The notes beneath the pieces were generated by a model, which saw only the letters and a program-made list of their open reading frames with translations, was not told the origin of the DNA and did not search any database. Below, piece after piece: positions 37,568 to 49,052 of a stretch of DNA of 64,000 bases (its first letter is position 1; each line of letters opens with the position of its first letter). This DNA is from Candidatus Nomurabacteria bacterium (lineage in GTDB: Bacteria > Patescibacteriota > Saccharimonadia > Saccharimonadales > JAGQNJ01), in assembly GCA_023898625.1 (NCBI GenBank), contig CP060231.1, positions 737,890 to 801,889 on the forward strand, written 5' to 3'. The position numbers were made by a program, and so were the translations under genes.

Positions 37568-40279
37568 ATGAAAAAGATACTAAATAAACTATCTATAACA
37601 AACAAAGTAAAAATTATAAACTATCTAGTACTATCCCTACTATTCACTATAACTACCCTTATACCATTAACTACCAGCACAGCCAATGCTACCCCACCAG
37701 ACTCTTGTTTTAGTTTTAACTCTGGTACTAATACCATAGAAGACTACTACGATAACGAAAACAACGACTCAGGCCAACCAGCTTGTCCTAAGGCTGTAGA
37801 TATACCTAGTACTATTGGAGGCAATGCAGTCACCACCATCGGCAACTCTGCATTTTATTCCAACCAACTCACCTCCGTCACCATCCCTAGCTCGGTAACC
37901 ACCATCAGCAACTATGCTTTCCAATACAACCAACTCACCTCAGTCACCATCCCGGGCTCTGTCACTACCATCGGTGACTATGCCTTTTATTCCAACCAAC
38001 TCACCTCCATCACCATTCCTAGCTCAGTTACCTCCATCGGCGACTATGCATTCCAAGGCAACCAACTAACCTCCGTCACCATAGCAGGCAATCCCACAAC
38101 CCTCGGTACAAGGATACTTGAATATAACCCCATAACCTCAATCTCATACAATGGCACAGCCTATACCGATACCAGTACACTTGGTGAACAATGTTTTGAC
38201 TTTGATTCCGGTACAGGCACTATAAACGACTACATATTTGCAGATCTAAACCTAATTAAAAGCAGTAGCATTGCTTGTCTAGACAGAAGCGTAGATATAC
38301 CAAGCGCTATAGGTGGGGTTGGTGTCGAGCATATAGGTGCGGTTGCATTCTGTCAAAAAAGTCTGACCAGTGTGGTACTTCCAGCGTCACTACTAACTAT
38401 AGAGAATGGTGGCTGGGGCTGTGGCGGTGCTTTCCGAGACAACCAACTCACCTCCATCACCATCCCTAGCTCAGTTACCACCATCAGCAACTCTGCTTTC
38501 TATGGTAACAAACTCACCTCCGTCACTATTCCTAGCTCGGTCACCACCATCGGCGACTATGCTTTTTCTAACAACCAACTCACCTCCGTCACCATCCCTA
38601 GCTCAGTCACCACCATCGGCGACTATGCTTTTTCTAACAACCAACTCACCTCCGTCACCATCCCTAGCTCAGTCACCACTATCGGCGACCATGCTTTTTC
38701 TTACAACCAACTCACCTCCATGTCTATTCTCGGAAGCCCCACCACACTAGGTAGCGGTATATTAATATCTAACCCCATAGAATCTATTACCATAAATGGT
38801 AATACCTACACTAGTTCATCACCTAATACTGATGCTTGCTTTGAATTTGATACAGGTAATGGCACCATTAATGGATGGCTCCAAGCAGACTTAACCACGG
38901 CTAGAGATGGAGGCTCTGCTTGTCTTAACAAATCAGTCACTATCCCTAACACTATTGGTGGTACATCAGTAACCACTATCGATAGCGGTGCTTTTTCTTC
39001 CAACCAACTCACCTCCATCACCATCCCTAGCTCAGTCGCCACCATCGGTAGCGAGGCTTTTTTTTTCAACCAACTCACCTCCGTCACTATTGGTAATGGG
39101 GTGGCTTCGTTAGATCCTTCTGTGTTTGCGTTCAATTCAGACTATACATTTGCAGATTTTGAGCTAGAAATGCAACAACTGGAGCAACAACACAAAGCTA
39201 CTTGGGCAGACCCTAACAACCCAACACCTGCCGAACAACAAGCTGCTGTGCAAGAAATGTATCTCCTTTACTACAAATTCTACACCTCTGCCTGGTATGT
39301 CCAGGTGTATACAGCTGACCCATCTAACCCTAATAACTTGCAAGATGCTTCTACTTCTATGACCGAAGCAGATACTTTTGAAGTTGATGTAAACGGTAAC
39401 GGCAACACTACTGACCCAGTCTTTTTTGGCGGTCACCTCATCAACCCAGCCTACGCTCAAATCAACTATCAGGATCAATCAGGTAACACCATCTCCCCCT
39501 CTACCAAAGTAACAGGCTATAACACAGACAACAGCACCAACCTAACAACCTACCTAGCTAAAGACAACCCTACCAGTAATATGAGCTTCTACCACAAAGT
39601 AGGTAGTACCGCTCATCTACCTACTCCCCCAAGTATTGCAGGCTACAGTATAGTATCTACTCCTCCTAGTACCCTAACCCTAAATAACACAGGAGCTAAC
39701 GAAATAACCTATACCTACAAAATAGACACTAACTCTGACTCCGACTCCGATGGCATCCCTGACTCCGTAGAGACTAATGCCCCCAACTCTGGTGATGCTA
39801 ACAATGACGGTATAGCCGATAGTACCCAAGCTAACGTAACTAGCTATCTAAACCCAGTAACTAATAACTATGTAGTACTCCAAACATCTAGTGCATGTAG
39901 TATTACTACCACTACTACAACTAGTGAAGATAGCCTATCTACTAAAGACTCTGGCTATGACTACCCAGTAGGCCTAACTAACTTCACTACTGACTGTAAT
40001 ACCCCAGGCTTTACAGCTACTATAAACCTCTACTACTACAACCTAGCTAGTAATAACTATGTTCTCAGAAAACATAACCCTAACAATAACTCTTTCCTTA
40101 CTATAGCTAACCCTACACTAACTAACCTAACTATAGACAATAAACCAGTAACCAAAGTAACCTACCAAGTTACTGACGGACAACAACTAGACATAGACAA
40201 CACCACTAACGGAACCATAGTAGACCCAGTAGGCCTAGCTACATTAGCTGTAGGGAGTCCTAATACGGGGTTGAGATAA
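37568..40279 (+). CDS. Secreted BspA-type leucine-rich-repeat surface protein with TSP3-like Ca-binding repeats
   Basis: 903 aa with a signal peptide. It has three super-repeats, each starting CFxF(D/N)xGTxTI...AC...V(D/T)IPxxIGG and followed by 22-aa LRR_5-type units (QLTSVTIPSSVTTIGDYAFxxN). Next come DSDSDGIPD...DANNDGIAD and a beta-rich C-terminal domain. Confidence 0.8.
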   Translation: MKKILNKLSITNKVKIINYLVLSLLFTITTLIPLTTSTANATPPDSCFSFNSGTNTIEDYYDNENNDSGQPACPKAVDIPSTIGGNAVTTIGNSAFYSNQLTSVTIPSSVTTISNYAFQYNQLTSVTIPGSVTTIGDYAFYSNQLTSITIPSSVTSIGDYAFQGNQLTSVTIAGNPTTLGTRILEYNPITSISYNGTAYTDTSTLGEQCFDFDSGTGTINDYIFADLNLIKSSSIACLDRSVDIPSAIGGVGVEHIGAVAFCQKSLTSVVLPASLLTIENGGWGCGGAFRDNQLTSITIPSSVTTISNSAFYGNKLTSVTIPSSVTTIGDYAFSNNQLTSVTIPSSVTTIGDYAFSNNQLTSVTIPSSVTTIGDHAFSYNQLTSMSILGSPTTLGSGILISNPIESITINGNTYTSSSPNTDACFEFDTGNGTINGWLQADLTTARDGGSACLNKSVTIPNTIGGTSVTTIDSGAFSSNQLTSITIPSSVATIGSEAFFFNQLTSVTIGNGVASLDPSVFAFNSDYTFADFELEMQQLEQQHKATWADPNNPTPAEQQAAVQEMYLLYYKFYTSAWYVQVYTADPSNPNNLQDASTSMTEADTFEVDVNGNGNTTDPVFFGGHLINPAYAQINYQDQSGNTISPSTKVTGYNTDNSTNLTTYLAKDNPTSNMSFYHKVGSTAHLPTPPSIAGYSIVSTPPSTLTLNNTGANEITYTYKIDTNSDSDSDGIPDSVETNAPNSGDANNDGIADSTQANVTSYLNPVTNNYVVLQTSSACSITTTTTTSEDSLSTKDSGYDYPVGLTNFTTDCNTPGFTATINLYYYNLASNNYVLRKHNPNNNSFLTIANPTLTNLTIDNKPVTKVTYQVTDGQQLDIDNTTNGTIVDPVGLATLAVGSPNTGLR
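38444..38707 (+). repeat. In-frame tandem repeat, 4 x 66 bp, units 2-4 nearly identical
   Basis: Units start at 38444, 38510, 38576 and 38642. Units 3 and 4 differ at only about 3-4 positions. Confidence 0.9.
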
Positions 40280-40423
40280 AACAAGATAAAACCATAAAAA
40301 GCTATTCTCTGAGTCTCTGAGGACTGTCCTCATAAAGAGGGAAAATATGGTGTAGTATAGTTTTTGGTGGAAGTGTCTTAAGTTGGGGTAATGGATACGG
40401 TTTATCAACATAGATAAAATCTT

Positions 40424-40452
40424 TTGACACTTTTAAAACCATTGTGTAAAAT
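40424..40452 (+). promoter_or_regulatory. Putative rpoBC promoter
   Basis: TTGACA (40424-40429), a 17-nt spacer, then TAAAAT (40447-40452). This would give a leader of about 195 nt containing an AGGGTA...TACCCT stem. Confidence 0.4.
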
Positions 40453-40651
40453 TGATGTTAAGAAGTAGGGTAAGCGGGCTTTGCTATTTGTACCCTAGAT
40501 AGCTACCCAAATTATGCTTAGAATCTTCGCGCGCATTTATCAACAATTTAGCATCCAAAATTATATTCGGTAGTTTTGGTTACAACTTTGGGTCATTGTA
40601 GCTGATACTCTGAATAAATTAGGATAGTATTAAGGAGAGTGCATACACGTT

Positions 40652-43600
40652 ATGGCAAAAACGTCTGCAATTGCGTCTCAAAAACGCACGTACTTTACAC
40701 AAAAAAATGACATCTTGGATCTTCCAAATTTGGTTGATCATCAAAACAAATCTTTTCAATGGTTCGTTGAGGAAGGTCTTGGCGAACTGTTAGCCGAAAT
40801 TAGTCCGATTGATGACTATACAGGCACAAAATTATCACTCAGCTTTAAAGATTATCACTTTGAAGATCCCAAAACTACCGAAGCAGAGGCGAGAGAGAAC
40901 AACGTCTCTTATGAAGCACCGCTAAAGGCTACAGTTGTACTAACAAATAAAGTAACTGGGGAAGTTAAAGAGCAGGAGATCTATCTTGGCGATTATCCAT
41001 GGATGACTTCACGTGGTACTTTTGTGATTAATGGTGCTGAAAGAGTAGTTGTGAGTCAGTTGATTCGTTCAGCAGGTGTTTTCTTTACGGCAGAGCAAAA
41101 TACATCAGGTAATTTGTATGGTGCTAAAGTTATTCCTGGCAGAGGCGCTTGGCTTGAGTTTGAAACCGCCAGTAATGGCGCTATGTACGTAAAGATTGAT
41201 CGAAAGCGTAAGATTGCTGTCACAACTTTGCTACGGGCGCTTGGAATGACAGAAGCAAAGATAAAAGAAGCATTTGCTCATGTTGACCAAGGGAAAATAA
41301 ACTATATAGATGCAACTATTGATAAAGATCCAGCAAGAGGCACCAATGAGGCCTTGATTGAGGTCTATCGTAAGCTTCGACCTGGCGACTTAGCGACTGT
41401 AGATAATGCCAGAAGCTTAATTGAAAATATGTTCTATAACTATAAACGGTTTGATTTCAGTAGAGTTGGTCGTTATAAGATAAACAAGCGTTTAGATTTG
41501 AAAGTGCCAAATACTGTAGAAAATCGAGTCATGCGTCTAGAAGACTTGACGGCGATTATTGCTGAAATTATTAGGTTGAATAATACCCAGGAGCCAGCAG
41601 ATGATATTGATTCATTAGCAAATCGACGAGTTAAATTGGTTGGCGAGCTAGTACAACGACAGTTTAGAATCGGCTTGCTTCGTATGGAGCGCAATACTAA
41701 AGATCGTATGAGTATGTGCGAAATAGAGACCGTCACACCAGGGCAATTAATTAATGCTCGTCCAATTGTGGCTGCGGTTCGTGAATTCTATGCAAGCTCA
41801 CAGTTATCTCAGTTTATGGATCAGATTAACCCTTTGAGTGAATTGGCTGCAAAAAGACGACTAAGCTCGATGGGGCCAGGTGGTTTGTCGCGCGAACGCG
41901 CCGGGTTCGAAGTTCGTGACGCGCACGCTACACACTATGGTAGGATTTGTGCGGTAGAAACTCCAGAAGGTGCAAATATTGGGTTGGTGCTTAATCTAGG
42001 TTTATATGCCCAGATAAATGAGTATGGATTTATCGAAACACCATACATAAAGGTAATCAATGCTGTAACCGCTAAAGATGCGCCAGGACACATCGCTAGT
42101 CAAGATCTTGAGGATGAATCTGGCAAAGTTCTAGTCAAGGCCGGTAGTAAAATATCAGAGGCAGACGCCAAAAAGCTGGCAAATGTAAAATCTAAAGTGA
42201 CATGGCCGGTTAAGGCTAAGGTTACAAACAAGGTTATTTACCTGGATGCATCAGAAGAAGAACAATCGGTTATCGCTGGGTCTAATGAAGACGTCGGCGA
42301 TGACGGTTATTTTGTTAACGAACGTGTTTCGGCGCGTAGTCATCTAGTATCTGGAGAGGTTGATGCTGATGAGGTTACTCATATGGATGCATCAAAGAAA
42401 CAAATCATCGGCTCGAGCGCTGGTTTGATTCCGTTTATCGAAAAGAACTTCGTGTATAGAAGTTTAATGGGCAGCAACCAACAGCGTCAAGCTGTGCCTT
42501 TGGTACAGCCTCGTCGTCCAATCGTTGGAACGGGGCTGGAAGGTGTTGTTGCTAGTAATACTGGTCAGCTAGTACAAGCCATTGAAGACGGTGAGGTTAT
42601 TAAGGCTACAGCAGATGAAGTTATTGTTAAGTATCCAAAGGCTGGAAAAGTTACATACAACCCACAACATTTTGTACGTAGTAACGAAGGATCATCAATC
42701 AATCAAAAAGTCGTTGTTGAAACTGGTGACAAACTCAAGAAAAGCGACCCAATAATTGAGGGGATGTCTATCGATGGTGGCGAATTAGCTCTTGGTAAAG
42801 ACTTGATTGCTGCCTTCATGCCGTGGTCTGGATATAACTTCGAAGATGCAATTATTGTTTCTCGTAAGCTAGTAGAAGACGATACTCTGACATCGATTCA
42901 TATAGTCGACTACATGACGGAAGTCCGCGAGACAAAACTCGGCCCTGAAATCGTAACTCGTGATATTCCAAATGTTTCGGATGAGGCACTTAGACATCTT
43001 GATGATGACGGAATTGTAACAATTGGCGCCGATGTACACCCTGGAGATATCTTAGTAGGAAAAATTACACCTAAAGGTGAACAAGAGCTTTCTAGTGAAG
43101 AGCGCCTACTTCGGGCAATTTTCGGTGAAAAGGCTAAAGATGTGCGAGATACTTCTCAGCGAATGAGCAATGGTAAACACGGTAAAGTGGTTGGCGTTAA
43201 GGTATTTAGCCGTGATAATGGCCATGAGTTAAAGGCCGGTGTGATTATGCAAATTCAAGTGTTTGTAGCACAGATGCGCAAAATTGCAGTGGGTGATAAA
43301 TTGGGTGGTCGGCACGGTAACAAAGGTGTAATTGCGAGAGTATTGCCTGTTGAGGATATGCCGTTTATGGAAGACGGAACTCCGATTGATATTATTTTGA
43401 ATCCTTTGGGTGTCCCAAGTCGTATGAATATTGGGCAATTGTTTGAAACTCACCTTGGTATGGCGGCTCGTGCACTTGGTTTGCATGTTGCTTCTCCATC
43501 TTTCGATGGAGTATCGACAGAAAAGATTCAGGACTTACTTAATGATGCAGGATTGCCAAAAGATGGAAAACAACAGCTGTATGATGGGCGCACAGGTGAG

Positions 43601-44203
43601 CCATTTTCTGAACGGACCACTGTCGGAAGCATGTACATGATCAAGCTTAACCATATGATTGTTGACAAGATCCATGCTCGTTCAACCGGGCCATACACCA
43701 TGGTGACACAACAGCCACTTGGCGGAAAGGCACAAAATGGTGGTCAGCGTTTTGGAGAAATGGAAGTTTGGGCACTAGAGGCTTATGGCGCAGCGAGTAC
43801 TTTACAAGAAATGCTAACTATCAAGTCAGACGATGTTTATGGACGATCTAAGGCCTACGAATCAATAATTAAGCAAACACCTATTATTGGGCCAAAAGTT
43901 CCAGAAAGCTTTAACGTACTAGTTAAGGAGCTACAAGGTCTCGGTTTGAAAGTTGACTTATTGTTGCCAGATAAAGCCGTCGATGCCGAGGATGTTTTGG
44001 CTGAAAATATCAAAGATGAGGCTAGCCATCAATCGGATGTTGATGTTCCAACTCCTGAGATTTCTGATGTTGACATAACAGCTGAAGATGGTGTTGACGA
44101 ATTCGATTTGCTTGAGCTTGATGACCAAGTTCATGCTAGCGTAGGAGCAAATGCAGTTGGTAGCGAATCTGCTATAGATGAAGAAGAAAAGGAGGCAAAA
44201 TAA
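40652..44203 (+). CDS. rpoB: DNA-directed RNA polymerase subunit beta
   Basis: 1183 aa with conserved RpoB blocks (GRHGNKGV, NPLGVPSRMNIGQ, GGQRFGEMEVWALEAYGA). Confidence 0.97.
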   Translation: MAKTSAIASQKRTYFTQKNDILDLPNLVDHQNKSFQWFVEEGLGELLAEISPIDDYTGTKLSLSFKDYHFEDPKTTEAEARENNVSYEAPLKATVVLTNKVTGEVKEQEIYLGDYPWMTSRGTFVINGAERVVVSQLIRSAGVFFTAEQNTSGNLYGAKVIPGRGAWLEFETASNGAMYVKIDRKRKIAVTTLLRALGMTEAKIKEAFAHVDQGKINYIDATIDKDPARGTNEALIEVYRKLRPGDLATVDNARSLIENMFYNYKRFDFSRVGRYKINKRLDLKVPNTVENRVMRLEDLTAIIAEIIRLNNTQEPADDIDSLANRRVKLVGELVQRQFRIGLLRMERNTKDRMSMCEIETVTPGQLINARPIVAAVREFYASSQLSQFMDQINPLSELAAKRRLSSMGPGGLSRERAGFEVRDAHATHYGRICAVETPEGANIGLVLNLGLYAQINEYGFIETPYIKVINAVTAKDAPGHIASQDLEDESGKVLVKAGSKISEADAKKLANVKSKVTWPVKAKVTNKVIYLDASEEEQSVIAGSNEDVGDDGYFVNERVSARSHLVSGEVDADEVTHMDASKKQIIGSSAGLIPFIEKNFVYRSLMGSNQQRQAVPLVQPRRPIVGTGLEGVVASNTGQLVQAIEDGEVIKATADEVIVKYPKAGKVTYNPQHFVRSNEGSSINQKVVVETGDKLKKSDPIIEGMSIDGGELALGKDLIAAFMPWSGYNFEDAIIVSRKLVEDDTLTSIHIVDYMTEVRETKLGPEIVTRDIPNVSDEALRHLDDDGIVTIGADVHPGDILVGKITPKGEQELSSEERLLRAIFGEKAKDVRDTSQRMSNGKHGKVVGVKVFSRDNGHELKAGVIMQIQVFVAQMRKIAVGDKLGGRHGNKGVIARVLPVEDMPFMEDGTPIDIILNPLGVPSRMNIGQLFETHLGMAARALGLHVASPSFDGVSTEKIQDLLNDAGLPKDGKQQLYDGRTGEPFSERTTVGSMYMIKLNHMIVDKIHARSTGPYTMVTQQPLGGKAQNGGQRFGEMEVWALEAYGAASTLQEMLTIKSDDVYGRSKAYESIIKQTPIIGPKVPESFNVLVKELQGLGLKVDLLLPDKAVDAEDVLAENIKDEASHQSDVDVPTPEISDVDITAEDGVDEFDLLELDDQVHASVGANAVGSESAIDEEEKEAK

Positions 44204-47200
44204 TGAAGCGTTACTCTAACGGACCAACTATTTCTGATTTTGACGCAGTTCGATTAGCTGTTGCAAGTGGCGAAGATGTTTTGGATTGGTCATATGGTGA
44301 GGTTACTAAACCAGAAACGATTAACTATAGGACTCAAAAACCTGAACGTGATGGCCTATTCTGTGAAAGAATCTTTGGTCCAGTAAAGGACATTAACCCT
44401 CATGATGCCAAATACAAAGGTGTTCGTTCGCGTGAGGCGGCAGTCGATAAGAATGGCGAAATCGTCACTAGGAGCATTGTGAGACGCGAAAGGATGGGGC
44501 ATATTGCATTAGCTAGTCCTGTGGCACATATTTGGTTTTTGCGAGGAACTCCAAGCGCAGTAGGCTTGTTGCTTGGGATGACTGTTAAGAATCTTGAACG
44601 TGTTACCTATTTTGCAAGCTTTATTGTTAAGTCTGTTGATACCGCAAAGCGGGATCAAATGCTATCTGACAAAGAAGCAGAGTTTGTAGCTGCTCAAGAA
44701 GCTATAAAGGCAAGATATGAATCAGAATCCAAGAAGGACGATGCCAATATTAAGGCATTAGCTGAAATGCAGACCAAAGAACTTGAAGAAGTTGCACAGG
44801 CCTTTGAAGCCTATAAGGCTCAAGTCGAATCTCTTGTTAAGCTAGGTCTACTTAGTGAAAATGATTACTATAATTTGCCTGATGAGCTAGTAGATATTAT
44901 CGAAGTTGGCATGGGTGGCTCAGCAATAAAAGACTTGCTTGAAGAAATTGATCTTAAAGAACTCATTAAAACTTTAACTGAAGAATCTGATGAGGCCAAA
45001 GGTCAACGAAAGAAGAAGTTGATGAAACGATTGCGACTTCTTGAGAGCATGGACGCCGCCAATATTAAACCTAGCTCCATGTGTATTTCGGTATTACCGG
45101 TTATTCCTCCGGATCTTAGGCCAATGGTTCAACTTACTGGTGGTCGATTTGCTACAAGTGATATGAACGACTTATATCGTCGGGTAATTAATCGTAATAA
45201 CCGATTGAAAAAATTAATGGATCTGAACGCTCCGGAAGTGATTTGTCGGAATGAACAACGAATGCTTCAGGAAGCTGTAGATGCCCTGATTGATAACGGC
45301 AATGCCCGTTCAGGACGTGCCGTGGCTGCAACGGGTCAACGTCGTCGATTGAAGTCACTAAGTGATGTCCTAAAAGGAAAGCAAGGACGATTCCGTCAAA
45401 ACTTACTCGGAAAGCGTGTTGATTACTCTGGCCGTTCAGTAATTGTTGCTGGACCAGAACTGTCAATTAATGAGTGTGGACTTCCAAAGATGATGGCCTT
45501 AGAGCTATTTAAGCCATTTGTAATTGGTAGTTTGATAGCTAATGATTATGCTCATAACATCCGTTCTGCGACTCGAATGATAGAAGCCGGAGAAACACCC
45601 GTTTGGGACGCACTCGATGAGGCTATTAAAGGTAAGTATGTCTTACTTAATCGTGCACCATCCTTGCACCGCTTAAGTGTTCAGGCCTTCCAGCCAATAC
45701 TTATTGAGGGTAAGGCAATCCAGCTTCATCCTTTAGTGTGTAAAGGATTCAATGCTGACTTTGACGGAGACCAGATGGCAGTACACTTGCCTCTATCTGA
45801 TTCTGCACAAAAAGAGGCTCAAGAAATTATGGCTGCTAATAAAAACCTGTTGAAGCCGGCAGATGGTTCACCGATATTACATATTGAACAAGATATAGTT
45901 TTGGGTTGTTATTACTTAACCTATGAACGACCTGGTACTAAGAAAGAATCGATGCTGCTTTCTGATCTTGCTGAAGCAGTCATGGCTTTTGATGCAGGTA
46001 AGATTACATTACAAAGCTACGTCAAACTTCCTTTTAGGGGCGAGATAAGATCAACAACTCTTGGTCGATTATTGTTTAACGAAATCTTCCCAGAAGATTT
46101 TGCATTCCAGAATGATACAATGACCAAAAAGAAGCTAAACACAGTTCTTTCGGAAATATATCAAATTTACGGTCAGGCAAAGACTGCAGAGATTGCTGAT
46201 CAGCTTAAGTTTATTGGGTTTGAATATGCAACTAGGTCAGGCTTATCTCTTGGGATGGATGATTTCCGTGATGTTAAGGGACTAGATGCGATAATCAATG
46301 AAGGTGATGAACGAACGGCGCTAATTAGTGAACAATATGAACATGGCTTCATTTCAGAAGAAGAACGCTATCGACACACCGTCGAGAACTGGCTAAAGGT
46401 TGACGCAAAAGTACAAGATACTTTGAGTAAGCAATTTGCCGATGAAGATAGCGCTATGGCAACGGCAGTTGTGTCTGGTGCACGTGGAAACATCGGGCAA
46501 GTCAAGAATGCCGTGGGAATGCTTGGTGTCTCAATGGACACAACCGGGCGAGCAATCGAGTTACCTATTAAATCTGGATATAAAGCAGGCTTGACGCCGT
46601 TAGAGTACTTCACTTCTACTCGTGGTACACGAAAAACCATGATTGATACAGCTCTAAAGACAGCTGACTCAGGATACTTGACTCGTCGTTTAGTAGATGT
46701 TGCACAAGATGTGTTTACGATCGAAGATGATTCAGATCAAGACGACCCCGGATTCGCTTTGAATCGTTCAGATGCTGAAGAAATTGGAACTTCATACTCA
46801 TCTCGACTTGAAGGGCGTTTCTTGGCGGAAGACGTTATCTCTATTGCCAAAAAGGGCGAATTAATCACTAAAGAAATTGCACAAAAGATTGAAGACGATA
46901 AATCATTGGATGGTGTGCGAATCATGAGTGCATTATCCGCTCTTTCAGCAAAAGGTGTGCCTCGTAAGTCATATGGGCTTGACCCAGCTACTGGCCAGCT
47001 AGTATCTGGTCATCATCCAATCGGAGTTATTGCTGCTCAATCTATTGGTGAACCAGGAACACAGCTAACCCTACGTTCATACCACGGTGGTGGTTCGGCT
47101 GCAGCTGATGATATTACTCAAGGTTTACCACGTGTAGAAGAGATTTTTGAAGTTAGAACACCAAAAGGACAAGCATTTCTTTCTGATATATCTGGCACAG

Positions 47201-48033
47201 TTAAAGCTTGGGAAGACGGCGATCACTACGTGGTAGAAGTGAAAGCTAAAGCTGACGAGCCGGTCGAGTATCCTCTCGGTGAACGAAAAGCTCATATTAA
47301 GAATAATGCTGATATCAACATTGGTGACGTTATAGCATCTGAAGAAGAAGGCGCAAATCCATTGATTGCTCCTGTTGCAGGTAAAGCAAAAGTTACTAAG
47401 AAGTCAATTTTCATTACTCCTGGTGAACAGTCAGCAATTCGTTATGAGATTCCTGGATTCAAGCAACTTCAGGTTAAAGATGGCGATGAAGTTGTTGCCG
47501 GACAAAGACTAACCAACGGTTCAATTAATTTGCATGAATTGTTAAGACTTCAGGGTGTTGAAGCGACACAACGTTATATAATGAACGAAATCTTGAAGAT
47601 ATTTGCTTCTCAGGGTCAAGACATCTCTGACAAACACCTTGAGATTATCGTTCGACAAATGTTTAGTCGAGTTCAAATCGAAGATATTGGTGACAGTGAT
47701 TTTGTAACAGGCGACATTGCAAGTAAGATTGCCGTTCAGGATGCTAACGAAAAGCTTCAAGCCTCTGGTAAACAGCCTGTACAATATAGTCAGTTGTTGT
47801 TGGGAATCACTAAGGCATCCCTATCTACAGAGTCCTTCTTGAGCGCCGCGAGCTTCCAAGACACAACACGTGTATTGATTTCTGCCGCGACTAGTGGACG
47901 AGTCGATAAGCTGTATGGTCTGAAAGAGAATGTTATTTTGGGTCGTAAGATTCCTGTTGGTACAGGCTATAATTCTGAAAGTTCAATGGACGAGAGTCAG
48001 ATACAACAAGAGCAAACTACTGCTGTGGCCTAG
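44203..48033 (+). CDS. rpoC: DNA-directed RNA polymerase subunit beta'
   Basis: 1276 aa with the catalytic [12 protein letters not shown] motif and bridge-helix and trigger-loop blocks. Its start overlaps the rpoB stop (TAATG). Confidence 0.97.
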   Translation: MKRYSNGPTISDFDAVRLAVASGEDVLDWSYGEVTKPETINYRTQKPERDGLFCERIFGPVKDINPHDAKYKGVRSREAAVDKNGEIVTRSIVRRERMGHIALASPVAHIWFLRGTPSAVGLLLGMTVKNLERVTYFASFIVKSVDTAKRDQMLSDKEAEFVAAQEAIKARYESESKKDDANIKALAEMQTKELEEVAQAFEAYKAQVESLVKLGLLSENDYYNLPDELVDIIEVGMGGSAIKDLLEEIDLKELIKTLTEESDEAKGQRKKKLMKRLRLLESMDAANIKPSSMCISVLPVIPPDLRPMVQLTGGRFATSDMNDLYRRVINRNNRLKKLMDLNAPEVICRNEQRMLQEAVDALIDNGNARSGRAVAATGQRRRLKSLSDVLKGKQGRFRQNLLGKRVDYSGRSVIVAGPELSINECGLPKMMALELFKPFVIGSLIANDYAHNIRSATRMIEAGETPVWDALDEAIKGKYVLLNRAPSLHRLSVQAFQPILIEGKAIQLHPLVCKGFNADFDGDQMAVHLPLSDSAQKEAQEIMAANKNLLKPADGSPILHIEQDIVLGCYYLTYERPGTKKESMLLSDLAEAVMAFDAGKITLQSYVKLPFRGEIRSTTLGRLLFNEIFPEDFAFQNDTMTKKKLNTVLSEIYQIYGQAKTAEIADQLKFIGFEYATRSGLSLGMDDFRDVKGLDAIINEGDERTALISEQYEHGFISEEERYRHTVENWLKVDAKVQDTLSKQFADEDSAMATAVVSGARGNIGQVKNAVGMLGVSMDTTGRAIELPIKSGYKAGLTPLEYFTSTRGTRKTMIDTALKTADSGYLTRRLVDVAQDVFTIEDDSDQDDPGFALNRSDAEEIGTSYSSRLEGRFLAEDVISIAKKGELITKEIAQKIEDDKSLDGVRIMSALSALSAKGVPRKSYGLDPATGQLVSGHHPIGVIAAQSIGEPGTQLTLRSYHGGGSAAADDITQGLPRVEEIFEVRTPKGQAFLSDISGTVKAWEDGDHYVVEVKAKADEPVEYPLGERKAHIKNNADINIGDVIASEEEGANPLIAPVAGKAKVTKKSIFITPGEQSAIRYEIPGFKQLQVKDGDEVVAGQRLTNGSINLHELLRLQGVEATQRYIMNEILKIFASQGQDISDKHLEIIVRQMFSRVQIEDIGDSDFVTGDIASKIAVQDANEKLQASGKQPVQYSQLLLGITKASLSTESFLSAASFQDTTRVLISAATSGRVDKLYGLKENVILGRKIPVGTGYNSESSMDESQIQQEQTTAVA

Positions 48034-48047
48034 ATAAGATTGCAGAT

Positions 48048-48076
48048 TTGCCAAAATTACATCAATTTGTTAAAAT
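48048..48076 (+). promoter_or_regulatory. Putative str-operon promoter
   Basis: TTGCCA (48048-48053), a 17-nt spacer, then TAAAAT (48071-48076). Confidence 0.4.
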
Positions 48077-48159
48077 GTTCAAGTTAAATAAGTAGTCCGA
48101 GCCTCTGCGATTGGCATTTGCAGTGTTGCGGTAGATTACAACTCAGTAAAGGAGAATCA

Positions 48160-48573
48160 ATGCCAACAATCAATCAATTAGTGCGCAAACCACGCGCCAA
48201 GGTGACCAAGAAATCGAAGTCGCCAGCTCTTCACCGTGTGGTGAATAATTTAAAAACAACGAATTACGAGAAACCATCACCGTTTAAGCGAGGTGTTTGT
48301 GTCAAGGTGACTACCAAGACACCAAAAAAACCAAACTCTGCGCTTCGAAAGGTTGCCCGTGTTCGTTTACAAAATGGTCATGAGGTTTGGGCTTATATCG
48401 GTGGCGAAGGTCATAACTTGCAAGAACACGCCGTAGTAATGATTAGGGGCGGTCGAGTAAAAGACCTTCCTGGTGTTCGTTACCATATTGTACGTGGTGC
48501 ATTAGATTTACAAGGTGTAGAAAACCGTAAACAAGGTCGCTCAAAGTACGGTACCAAGAAAGCAGGTAAATAA
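48160..48573 (+). CDS. rpsL: 30S ribosomal protein S12 (with a ~13-aa internal insertion)
   Basis: [12 protein letters not shown]...KRGVC...[11 protein letters not shown]...[10 protein letters not shown]...[13 protein letters not shown]. The start at 48160 is preceded by AAGGAG. Confidence 0.95.
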   Translation: MPTINQLVRKPRAKVTKKSKSPALHRVVNNLKTTNYEKPSPFKRGVCVKVTTKTPKKPNSALRKVARVRLQNGHEVWAYIGGEGHNLQEHAVVMIRGGRVKDLPGVRYHIVRGALDLQGVENRKQGRSKYGTKKAGK

Positions 48574-48575
48574 TC

Positions 48576-49052
48576 ATGCCTAGGAAGAAAACTAAGAGTC
48601 TAGTTCGTGATATTCAGCCAGATCGGTTATATAACAGCGTTCAAGTTCAAAAAGTAATCAATAGAGTAATGCTTAATGGTAAGAAGCAAATTGCTGAAAG
48701 GCTAGTTTATGGTGGAATGCAAAAATCTGCCGATAAACTAAAGGTTAAAAATCCACTGGATGTTTTTGAGCAAGCATTGAAAAATATTCAGCCAAGTCTA
48801 GAAACTCGTTCTCGTCGTGTTGGTGGTGCTAATTATCAGATCCCTTTTGAGGTTAAAGGGCAACGTCAACAACATTTAACAATTATGTGGTTTGTTCAAG
48901 CTTCTCGTGCAAGAAGTGGTATAAGTATGGAAGACCGAATAGCGTTAGAGTTAGTCGATGCCTATAACAATACCGGCTCTGCAGTTAAGAAAAAAGAGGA
49001 TACTCACAAAATGGCCGAAGCCAACCGTGCTTTTGCTCACTTTGCCAGGTAA
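48576..49052 (+). CDS. rpsG: 30S ribosomal protein S7
   Basis: 158 aa with an S7 core (GKK..AE.I.Y.A ... RRVGGANYQIP.EV). Confidence 0.95.
   Translation: MPRKKTKSLVRDIQPDRLYNSVQVQKVINRVMLNGKKQIAERLVYGGMQKSADKLKVKNPLDVFEQALKNIQPSLETRSRRVGGANYQIPFEVKGQRQQHLTIMWFVQASRARSGISMEDRIALELVDAYNNTGSAVKKKEDTHKMAEANRAFAHFAR

Noticed and set aside
38406-38750. 114-aa alternative-frame ORF inside the LRR adhesin gene
   Set aside because: It is an artefact of the 66-bp tandem repeats, which keep a second frame open. The translated product is repetitive SPPS/LAQ sequence. The main frame has the signal peptide and LRR logic.
40256-40279. SPNTG as a functional sortase sorting signal at the C-terminus of the LRR adhesin
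   Set aside because: Only two residues (LR) follow the motif. No hydrophobic segment or charged tail exists in any frame downstream, so it is either a chance match or a truncated signal.
40280-40651. Structured ncRNA (tmRNA, RNase P, SRP, 6S) in the 372-bp LRR-rpoB spacer
   Set aside because: I saw no hallmark motifs of those RNAs, only a plausible promoter and short stems. I treat it as the rpoBC promoter and leader.
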